A DNA stretch of 64,000 bases. Source: Chlorokybus atmophyticus (Eukaryota > Plantae > Mesostigma and Chlorokybus algae). Under the pieces are notes generated by a model. It made no database searches. It was not told where the DNA came from and worked only from the letters and a program-made list of their open reading frames with translations. Shown piece after piece: positions 53,546-64,000 of the stretch. Position numbers and translations under genes: made by a program. Location: assembly GCA_009103225.1 (NCBI GenBank), contig RHPI01003020.1, forward strand, positions 1 to 64,000, in the 5' to 3' direction. The first letter of the stretch is position 1; each line of letters opens with the position of its first letter.

Positions 53546-55235
53546 CGCACCAACGGTCCTCCTCACACGCGTTAACAGTTGAGCTCTGGAGCTGGAACCT
53601 CCCCAGAAGCTCAGGGGGGTGGCTTATTGACTGTGTGTCCTACAGCACAGCATGTACACTAAGGAGGACACCGCCTCCACATGTCCGTGTGACTCAGCGA
53701 CAGCAAAGCAGCTCCACCAAGCACTCCTCGACATACGAGCTGAGTAATTTTTACTTTCATGCACTCGCTGGCCATATCCCGCCGCCGCCGCCGCCTGAAC
53801 TAGCTTAATCTGGCCTGGCCTAGCTTAGCCTGGCCTGGCCTGGCCGCATCAACAAGCTGCTACTGTAAGTAGTGCTGTTCACACAGTTCTTTGCGTGAGC
53901 GGACAACGTGTACCACTGTTAAGTGAGGCAAATGCGCAAGCAACACGTAGATACTATGCCCAAATTTCTGCCAACAAACACACTGCAACCAGGCACACCA
54001 AGCTCACAGCGATGACAAGCACGATGCACACACGAGCATGCACAGGCTCTCACACAGTGAAGGGGTTCTTGGTTACCAAGGACGAGACGAGGCGGGATGG
54101 CGTGTTCGCGATTTAAGTCGTTTCACAAACTCTAAGCTTTCTCACGCACAGTGTCACCAGCTGATCCAGTGAACACTGTGCCTACTTATACAAGTCAAAT
54201 CACGACTGTTCAGAACATAAGCTAACGGTCATATCAAGGCACTTTCCACAGCAATTGTCACTCGATATAGAACACAACTTATAGTTGAACTCACCATTGA
54301 ACAGCTACACGCGCTGCCTATGTAGGTTATGGTCGTGAGCTATTCTGGAGTCATGACCTAGCTATTGGTCAGTGACGCGCGCGCGTTGGTATGCTGGTAG
54401 GCCGGGCGATGGTTTCGATGTAGACATGCCCGATGAAGGCTGGTATGTGTGGGCACTACGCATGACACAACGTACACCTGGTGCTCCCAGCCTAGGAGCG
54501 ACGGTGGACAAGGATCGGCGGTGGAGGTGGAGGCGTGGCGGCTTAGTATCAGGCGCTTAGATGGACTTAGGTTGGTAGTAGTAGTAGCTGCTTGTTGTTG
54601 TATTAATTTATTGTGGTAGCATAGCATGGAAAATGATGCAATATGATTTTATTATTTGCCAATCATAATCGGCGCCGTCTTGAATAGACTGACGCAATAA
54701 ATCATAATTAAAATGTACCCAACAGCTGCCTTTGAAGGTACACTTTGGTAATGGCAGATACCATGAGGTATCTGTCTGGCACAATCGGTTAATGTACAGT
54801 CGCCGGTACCTAACCATTGGGTACCAGCTTGTTACTTATTAGTCGGGTCAAGTCACCTTATCATGATTAGAAAGTAACTTTTTCGGGTGCCTGTCAATTA
54901 GTGTCGGTCCCTTTATGTAGATGGCCGCCGACTGATGATGACGGCTGTTATACTAAGGTCCTGTATTCAGATTACAGGTGGACTGAGCGACAGTTTTAAG
55001 GGGGTCTCCTCAGGTGCACGACCGATGCCAATATAAATTTGGTTGGCCGGCAGGGGAAACATTTTGCGACGTTGTTAACAGCCCCCAATCAAGGGATGGC
55101 TTTGTTACTAGCCGACAAGGGCCGGCATTTCAATGCTACTGCCAGTGTTATATACAATACATCCATATGTACATATACTTATTATATACATATTATTTCA
55201 AAACACCATACGCGTATATAGCCACATGTATATGA

Positions 55236-55295
<60 letters not shown>
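55236..55295. repeat. Compound (AT)n(GT)n microsatellite
   Basis: Adjacent AT and GT runs. Confidence 0.95.
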
Positions 55296-55298
<3 letters not shown>

Positions 55299-58200
55299 TA
55301 GCCATATAGAACGGATTGTCATTGACAGCCCCTAACAGGATTACCGGCACACATTTAGACAGCCCCCCGAACGACTGTTACATTTGAAATTGAAAATCTT
55401 CGATACCTTAATAGCCGCCAGGTTGCGGCTGTCCATTCATTCTTGCATTTGCATGAATTGATACTGGTACAGCCTATGCATGTCATAGCATGCACTGCAT
55501 GGGCTCAGCCTATGGGCATATGAATCCACAATTGCCAAGCGGCCATCGCACGTTGCAAACAATAATCCAACTATTTTCACGTCTCCATCGGCATGTGCAC
55601 TTGTAGCTTAGTGGTTTGGGCGTCGTTTGCATGTTACAGGTCGTACATTCAATCCTTGTAAATGCTCGTAATCTTATCAAACGAATTTACCAATGCCGCC
55701 GCTTCGCGCGCCATAGCGGCGTGGCCGGTGCCGTCAACAAGCCATCTTCGATGTGTCTACAATTAAACCTGAATGTTTAATTGTTGTTGTTGTTTCATAA
55801 TATCATAATTTGGTCCCTGGTCTGCTGCCCGACCGCTACCTAATTCTGACGCGATTTAAACCAACCGGACCATACATGGTGCGACTCCGATAAACCATGG
55901 CTTTACTTTTTTCGCGTGAATTCGAGACCATACATGGTCCGGCTGTCTATGATAGCCAAACCATGCATGGTCCGTTGGTTTCAATTCGCAGGGGAATATT
56001 CCGGTCCAAAGGTACTAACCAATGATGGTCATTTGACGTCAATCGATGCGCCACTGCTATAGAGAGTCTACCACAATTTGTCCGCTCATGCAATGAGCTG
56101 TGTCACAGCACCATCTATAGTGATAGCTTGTTGACTTACAGTAACACCCTTTTTGCTCAAGTAAGTGGTTCATATGCAATTTGCTTAATATAGTGCAGTG
56201 CGCATCAGGGTACGCTTTGTCGCGTGCGAGCATTGTCATCACATAGTGCACATAAAAGTCATTGGAATGTTGAGTGATCGCATCAAGGCCACCGCACACG
56301 ACATCACAAGCATACGCACTCTGCGGTGCATTTAATCTCATCAGTGAGAATAGGCTGCATTAGCAGGCAACCTCCCTTTCTTATCATCGAGGAGGAGACC
56401 TCTCGAGACCTCTACGGCTGCAGCTGTAGCTCTCATACCCGCGAGCGAAAGGCAGCAAGAGTGACAGCAGCGAACGAGTCCTCCTCCAACCACACCTCCT
56501 CCCAGTCTCATCCCTTGCAGGGTATAGCTGTGGACTTCTCCAACAGCGACAACAAGATGGAGTCGAGCTCTTACAATGCCTTGCGCTTTTCAAACGTCCT
56601 GGCACCACCTTGCAGGTTGAGTTCATTATTAAGTTTTAATTCAAAATGACTTGGTAAGCCATTACGAGCAACAACTTGAAGTGGACCGATGACATCTCCT
56701 TTCATATGGCGGCATAATGTTTAAACTACGAAGCCCACAAGGTGTGGAGGTGAGTAGCAGAGTTGCATCAACTTAAAGGGTATAGGGCGCTTTCCAGCGC
56801 CATCACATCTTTATCGGCATTAGCAGTGCCAGTATCCAACCCTGCTCCGGTTACAAGTGTCACTCCATTTACAGCACCGGAAAGCTGAACAAGCAGTGCT
56901 TGCAGTGGAGGAGGCACGATTGACAGCGACCGAGGCCGCCGCCGGGCGTACAGATTGCCAAAGTAGAGTCCTAAAGCGCATAGCGGCGCTTTATCATGAC
57001 CATCAGCCTGCAGGCGGGTGTCCGATATTTACAGCCCTGCTTTCATATAACGACATGAAAATCTCTCTCTCGCTGTCTCTTTTTGCACGTTTACCCGGCA
57101 ACTGATTAGGGATCGAGGGAATGACGGGTGCCTGACCCTGTCTGACTGTGCATGCCTTTATCGCATACATTAATTCTAGACTGTTGGTTCTGCTGTCGGC
57201 TAATGTGGACTGAGGCTGACGGCCAACAACCGGTCGATAGGTGTGAAGGTGAGCACGTGATTTTGTAATAACGGCCAACCACCGGTTGCGCAGCATGGAC
57301 GATCGGCGGTTGGCCATCATCACAATTATAGCAAACAAGTCACCACTCGGTCACTTATAGTGACGAACGATAATCGGTCGTAGCGTGACCGTTGTAAAGT
57401 ATGCGCGGCGGCCTGCTTGTTGTGGCAAGCAAGTCGCCTTTGCAAACGGATATGTGATGTAATGTGCCGGCCGACTATCGTTGTTACGTAGCCGTGGCAC
57501 ATTATGCGCCTATGCTGATAGATTAATCAATCAACCGCCCGTTCCTATTTGTTGCCGAATGATGCCGGCAAGACGGAAATATGGTACATATTGCTTTAGT
57601 ATGCCGTACACTATAAAACTTCGTCACAATGAAGATATATGAAGTAATGCAAATTTTTCGGCGGATGTATTGCCCGCCGTCCAAACGTAATTATTTTAAT
57701 GTATCGATAGGGTGCTTTGTAACGGATTGAGTGCGATTGCTGTTAGTTAGTAGTGTAAAAAGACTTGTTGAGGATATGAGGGGTCGTCCAACCTCGTATC
57801 AATAGAACATGTTTTTGAGAATGCGTTTTCAATGGCCACCTGTCGTGTCGTATTAGAATCGCGCGCGGTATCAAATGTGTCGTTTCTTGCTCGCCATCTG
57901 TGAGACGGTAAAAGATGCTTTCGGCTTTATACTTTATACCGTACTCGGCAACTGTGTTGTACTCTGTCATCGCCTTGTTTGCATAGCTATTTGATTGGCG
58001 CATTGCATCGTAACGGCGCTACTACTTTTTGTGAATGGTTCCAAATCATAAATCAACATGAAAGCAATTTATTGCTTTTACTTCATAACTCGAGTTGCTA
58101 AGTTGCTGTGCTCATTACGGGCTTATGGAGCGAATTTAAGAAATACTACACAAAACATGTATATGGGTGAATATTATATTGCTAGGTATGGAAGCTTACA

Positions 58201-58759
58201 TTGTGATGGGCGAACCAAGTAAGCGTATCACTCAAGTCCAACGTTGCAGAAGTAGTGTACACTATTGTAGACAAATCTATATATTAAAAACATTTCGTGA
58301 CTAATACATATACCATCATGCTTCATTATAACATTCAACATAGACCATGTTGACATGAATAATCTACCGCCATGCTGTCCATGTATGTACACACCGTTTG
58401 TGCTCTTATTATCACGTTATTAGCACATTTAAACAATATGTGGATGTGCTTTACATGGCCGAGATCTTTTTGCTGTAGATCCAACGGCTTGAGGCCGGTC
58501 GTCGCTGCTTAGCCAATGAGCGGCAGGAGGGACGCGCATACTGCCGCGCAGCCCGTCAGTCGCGAGTGCCATAAGCGATGGGCCAGTGATGGCGCTTTGT
58601 CGTGTGAGGATACGTGTGTGATGTGCCGGCCGGCCGGCCGGTCCAGCCAACCAGCTGCAGCACTAGTTAATGGGTTGTGCTGCTCAACCAATATAATGAG
58701 GATACCGATGGTATCCTTGGCAACCAGGATTTGCTTGCAGCTGGCGTAGTCAACAGCTA

Positions 58760-61597
58760 CCGTATTTACCCCATTAGAGTTCCCCCCTTTTTATACAGTT
58801 CCCCCCGGATTTTGCCAGGGGGAACTCTATTCGGGGGGAAACTCTATTCCTATAGGGGAACTCTATTCTGTAGCAGGGATGCCGCTGGTATCGTTATGTC
58901 AACGATATCAGCGACCCCCCGCGATGGCTGTTCACACGGACTTCCCGCCAAACCTAAAGCAAACAGAGCATAGGCGGCGGCGGCGAGGTAGCCGGCGTAG
59001 TTGACGGCGGGGTAGGCCAACGCAATGGTAGGAGCGGCAGCAGCCAGGCTGGCTGCTCAGCATCGATTGGAGAGGCAGGCCGACGAAGCGGAGGCGGCGG
59101 CAAGGATTGCAACTGAAGCAGCTGCAAGGGCACGCGAGGCTGCAGCAAACGTCGCAGTAGAGGAGCAGCGAGACGCAGGAGGCCACCGTCCAACTGGCGT
59201 TGGGAAACGTGTGCACGCTGCCCGCCGCACCAATGGTGGAGGTCGGCGGTACAAGCGCCGAGCCTTCACCGTCCATCAGAAGGTGTGTCGATTAATCAGC
59301 AATGTGCGTGTGTCGTTACAGTGCGTGCGTGTGCTGCATTGTGTCGTTGTTGTTGCTGTGTGCGTGTGCTGCGTTGTGTTGTTGTTGTGTTAGTGTTGTC
59401 GCTGTGTGCGCGTGCTGCATGGTATTGTTGTCGTTACTGTCTGTGTGCTGCGTCGTGTCGTTGTGTTGTCAGCAATGTGTGTGTGTGCGTGTCGTTGTCG
59501 TCATTGTTGCTGCTGATTAGCTGTTGTGTTGTTGCCATGTTTGCTGCTAACTAGTTGCTGTTTAACTCCACAGCGCAAGTTCATCCAAATAGCAAAGCAT
59601 ATAGGCATTAAGAAGACGGAGAGAGAGCATGGCGTCCATGCTCCATCTTTGCGAAAGTGGCTTCGCCAAGAGTTGGAGATAATGGCTGCCAGTGCTAGCG
59701 ACTGCAGACTGAAGGGTGGTGGCAGGGGGGTTGCTTATCCCGAGCTAGATACTGTGGTGTATGACTACATTGTAGATCGACGTTCTCGCGGGCTTGGAGT
59801 CACCCAAGCCATGATTAGAGTATGCACAATCAGCTATTGCAAGTGTGGCATGACGCAATTGGTGTGCATGTGTGTGGCATGCGGCAGTCAATGTGCATGC
59901 GCATGATCATGTTTGTTTGCCTGTGCAGTTGCAGGCCCAACGCTTGATTGTGGAGCACAATGAGAGCGTTGATGACGATGTGAACATTTGGACCTTGAAG
60001 GTGTCCTTGAATTGGGTCGTGCGTTTCATGGCGCGCCATGATCTCACCGTGCGTCGCCATATGAAGGTGGGGCAGAAACTGCCTCATGATGTTGCCGAGA
60101 AGGTTGAGGGGCATCGCGTCTACATCACATTGATGAAAGAGCGTCACAAATATGCCTCCAGCCAGATTGTCAACATGGATGAGGTACCCGTGACGGTGGA
60201 TATGGCGGCTGGTCGGACAGTCAATCAGCAAGGCAGCCGAACCGTGACTATGCGCACGACTGGTAAGCATGCACATGTGTCAACGAAAGTGCTGTGTTGT
60301 GTTGGCAATGCTGAATGCGAGTCTGCACATTGACAGGAAATGAGAAGAAGAATGTGACGGTGGTGTTAGCGTGTGCTTTGGACGGCACAAAGCTACCACC
60401 TGTTATTATTCCCAAGCGCAAGACTATCCCCAACGACTTGGTGGTGCCGCAGGGGATAGTTGTATGGGCTAACGAGAAGGGATGGATGGACGAGGCCCAC
60501 ACGGTGGAGTGGGTGGATGCGGTGATGCGGAAGAGGTCTAAGCGAGTGTTTGGTAGAAGAGCACTGTTGATCTGGGACTCGTTTTCAGCACACAGGTTCG
60601 GTTTAACAGCTTCATGCACGCCATGTGCATGCCACGCACATGCACATCAGTTCTGTTGCTGCCATTGCATGTATGTGTTGATGTTGCAATCATGCAGGTG
60701 TGACTCTGTGAAGGAACGCCTCAGCGCCATCTCTGTTGATCAAGCAGTCATCCCTGGTGGGTGCACTCCCATTCTGCAGCCGCTCGATGTTGGCGTCAAC
60801 AAACCTTTCAAGGATATGCTGCGTGCGAAGGTGAGCATTGTTAACAATGTGCAGTAGCAACAACTACCCTTCTTACTAGTGATGCTGACTTTGACTGTGT
60901 ATGTGCTCAGTGGGCTCTGTGGATGGCTGACCCAGCCAACCACTCGTATACGGCGGGTGGCCACATGCGGCACGTTGACTGGTCAACGTTGTGCACATGG
61001 GTGCAGCAGTGTTGGGAGGAGTTGTCTGTTCACACTATTCACAACGCTTTCCGAAAGGCAGGTGTGTGCGAGGCAGATTGGGCGCCAGAAGATGTTGAGC
61101 GCGATGATGTCGACGACATCATGAACATTGATGAGCTACCCCTTGAAGAGCAGGAGGAGCGCATGATGCAGGAGCTAGCTGAGCTGCACATGCGCGATGA
61201 GCGCAACGCTCGCACTGCCGCTAAGCGCATCAACCTTGTATCAGATAGCGAGATCAGTGATGCTAGTGATGCTAGTGACAGTGATGCTTGAGTCTCTGAT
61301 GCATGAGCCTTCTATGCAACTTGATGCATGAGTCTTTTATCGTTCACATTCGCATGCATGCGCGCATTGACATGGCACAATCAAGGGGCCACTCATTATG
61401 CAGCACGCACACACCACGCACAAACGGCAGGCAGTTATGCAGATACTCACGCACGGTAGGCAGGCATACATGCAATACAGTTCCCATCAGAGGGAACACT
61501 AAATGGGGGGGGAACTCTATCACACAAACACAGTTCCCCCTTTGATTTTGCCGGGGGGAACTGCATTCGAGGGGGAACTCTAATGGGGTAAATACGG
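58760..61597 (+). mobile_element. Full-length pogo-superfamily (Passer/POGK-like, DD35D) DNA transposon
   Basis: Perfect 27-bp TIRs CCGTATTTACCCCATTAGAGTTCCCCC (58760-58786 / 61571-61597), TA TSD on both sides, subterminal GGGGAACTCTAT repeats, internal transposase gene. Confidence 0.95.
59025..61291 (+). CDS. pogo DD35D transposase, 6 exons, about 536 aa, apparently intact
   Basis: Exons 59025-59282, 59574-59819, 59929-60262, 60337-60595, 60698-60830, 60911-61291 (1611 nt, in frame, no stops, all GT-AG). Brinker-like HTH (RRAFTVHQKRKFIQIA), second HTH (YPELDTVVYDYI...SLNWVVRFMARHDL), catalytic NMDE, IWDSF and QPLD with 35 aa between D2 and D3. Confidence 0.9.
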
Positions 61598-62241
61598 TAG
61601 AAAACAATCCCATAACAGCTGAATGCCTATTCATTTCTCTGCTTGTTACTCTTGCAATTTCATCGATGCTTGTGACATTTAGCTCAAACGGATGTGATCC
61701 TAGATGAGTCGTTGCGTTGGTCTTCGTTGCCTTGCGCGATTGCAGACGCCGACAGCATCAGATAAAGTAAGTTGCCCATATTTTGGACACTTATCCACTA
61801 GTAAGCGTCCACTGAACGGCCCACTGCAGTGACTGCGAGTGTGACGGTGCTGTCAAAGCAGCAATCAACGTCGTAACATGGCCGATTTGTGATGTACTAG
61901 GGTGATTCTTCAATGTGGTGTGCCGTGAGGTATAGCCGGCACAAAATGGCCGTGCCACACCTGGGCATTCTCCAAACTGATACGGATTATGGATGCCCAC
62001 TACCTGCTGATCACACACTGCCTACTACAGTGCGCGACCCTCGAATGGCACTTGCTCTTTAAGCTTATGGTACGGTGGCAACAATGTCAATGTCGCATAC
62101 TGCAGCTGGCGCGGCTGGTTGCGGGCGGGCAGCTGTCCAAAAAGTGGGCGCCTTACCCTACTCATGGCATAGATCTGCAATTCACATGCGCCTGGCAACA
62201 AGCGGCCCACATTTGATGAATGCCTTGCGCGCCACTGCAGG

Positions 62242-63024
62242 CCCCGTCAGAGTCCCCCCCCGTATCATGGTATACAGACCCCCCTGGCAAATGCAAGGGG
62301 AGGACTGTATTGAGACATTATAGTCCCCTCCCTTGTTGTGTCCCCCCTCGAAAGGGACAGTGTTAGTGTTATGTCTGAATAAGAGTATTGTATAAGATGT
62401 ATGCGTAATTACGCATACAATATTATATGGTTGCTAACGTTGAACTAATATTGATACACTTCATTCATCACCTAAGCGCTTAAAGCACATGTACATGGAT
62501 CAGTCATGAGTGCCATGACGGTCGACGCGTCGTTGACCATCTAGAAATGTTCAGAAATCACACGGTCAGTTTTAATTCAATTTTTTGCACGTTAATCACT
62601 GAACTGTTGCGTTACACAAGATATACGTAAGTCGTATACTGTAACTCGACGTAATCGGCGGCTTCTGCTACACAATAGAGCCCCCCCTCCTAATAAAGTC
62701 CCCCCCCCCCCCCCCNNNNNNNNNNNNNNNNNNNNNNNNNNNNNNNNNNNNNNNNNNNNNNNNNNNNNNNNNNNNNNNNNNNNNNNNNNNNNNNNNNNNN
62801 NNNNNNNNNNNNNNNNNNNNNNNNNNNNNNNNNNNNNNNNNNNNNNNNNNNNNNNNNNNNNNNNNNNNNNNNNNNNNNNNNNNNNNNNNNNNNNNNNNNN
62901 NNNNNNNNNNNNNNNNNNNNNNNNNNNNNNNNNNNNNNNNNNNNNNNNNNNNNNNNTACAGTCCCCCAGGACAATCGAGGGGGGGACTGTACAAAAAGGG
63001 GGAACTCTGACGGGGTAAATACGG
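62242..63024. mobile_element. MITE-like non-autonomous relative of the pogo element, spanning an assembly gap
   Basis: Right TIR GGGGGAACTCTGACGGGGTAAATACGG|TA ending at 63024. Partial left TIR CCCCGTCAGAGTCCCCCC at 62242 lacks the terminal CCGTATTTA. Confidence 0.65.
62716..62956. other. Assembly gap (N run)
   Basis: About 240 Ns after a poly-C run. Confidence 0.99.
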
Positions 63025-64000
63025 TATACTTTAGAACGTAACTGTATGCTTATTGTCGCAGTTTAGTAAAGAGAGAGTCTATTGGAGCCTTGGTGCAGGT
63101 GCAATTCGTAACTAAGCAGGTTCAAGAAGGCCCAAACCCGGCTTGAGGCGCGCAATTGCCCCGACCTGAGAGCACCTGGTGCCACTTGATACGGCTTGCT
63201 CAGCAATGGCACCACCTGAACCAAGCTCGGCGCCGTCTGCGATTCGGTGTAGTCAGCAACACGATGCGGTGACTTATCATGTTATCGAGCGATGATGTTC
63301 AACCGCACAAAGTGACCGGTGATTACAGTGTGCATCATTTAATGCGCGGCCCGGGTGCAAAACCGCGGTTCACCTAGCAGTAGGTACGTGCGCGGCTATC
63401 CTTGACTTAGGGCGACATTTCTAAAGCCCGCTTACACTTGTTCACGGGCCGAAAAATGACACTCAGGGATCGGTCCAGGTTGGACGCTTTGACCGCTATG
63501 AGATGCACTGAGTGTCTTGCTTGAGCTAACAGATGCGTCGGTCATTGGTTGCACATAAGCCGGTTGTACACTGACTACGGTCCAGGTTGCGTGTCAGCAC
63601 CTGTCCCGTCGCCGCGGGTGCAACTTGCACCGTGCAAGTATACTGGCAGGCAAAGCAAAGCTGATAGGATTTTACGCGTGTGGCTAAATAAGTGAGAGAA
63701 TGTGCATGAGTGACACGCGCAATCTAGCCACTCAAAGTGTGTGCAACACATTGTTGCCGTCAAAGTGTGTGCAACACACTCTTGCTGTCAAGGTGTGTGT
63801 GCTGGATTGGGAAAGTGGTGACGTTTGCTGGCTGACTTGGTGGCTGGGCCTGGCTTAGCCTGGCCTGGCCTGGCCTGGCCCAGCAGTTGCTGCGAGGTAG
63901 AAGCTCCTATGCTCACCGCGGCTAGCAGAAGTGGCCCGTTAGTATGTGTTGAAAATAACTACTAGTCGTCATATAAGGCATGCAGTGTCGCAGGTGACTA

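Larger units (their letters stand above)
38557..53600 (+). mobile_element. Ty3/Gypsy retrotransposon carrying DNMT and PHD domains; decayed, RT missing, interrupted by Copia D and E; LTRs not identified
   Basis: Collinear + strand pieces: gag with two CCHC knuckles, aspartic protease, C5-MTase motifs I-IV, Ty3-type RNase H, zf-H2C2 plus rve integrase, PHD. RNase H before integrase indicates Gypsy order. Outer boundaries are approximate. Confidence 0.8.

Noticed and set aside
57743-58003. 86-aa ORF in an AT-rich tract (possible viral or foreign gene)
   Set aside because: Short, no recognisable motif and no supporting neighbouring ORFs.

Overview
Eukaryotic, intron-rich genomic DNA, most likely from a streptophyte (charophyte-type) green alga. 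This is inferred from an RLK/Pelle receptor kinase, GT-AG introns and the TE repertoire. It looks like a short-read scaffold, with single Ns inside homopolymers or microsatellites and one N-gap. One intact host gene is present: a 13-exon C-type-lectin receptor-like kinase (10384-15309, about 599 aa). Almost everything else is transposable elements. These are a decayed Tigger/pogo element, two copies of a ~0.5 kb TRIM with 79-bp LTRs, solo LTRs, a degenerate L1/Tx1-type LINE, five nested Ty1/Copia copies or fragments (the four with a visible PBS use the half-tRNA-iMet type), and an apparently intact five-intron DD35D pogo (Passer-like) transposon with a MITE-like relative. The most notable items are (i) a decayed Ty3/Gypsy element whose pol carries a C5-cytosine DNA methyltransferase domain after the protease and a PHD finger after the integrase, a chromatin writer plus reader, and (ii) a 532-bp non-coding foldback element with TG...CA ends, a 5-bp TSD and 137-bp inverted repeats whose outer 74 bp are themselves near-perfect palindromes. 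All domain calls come from motif recognition by eye; no searches were run.
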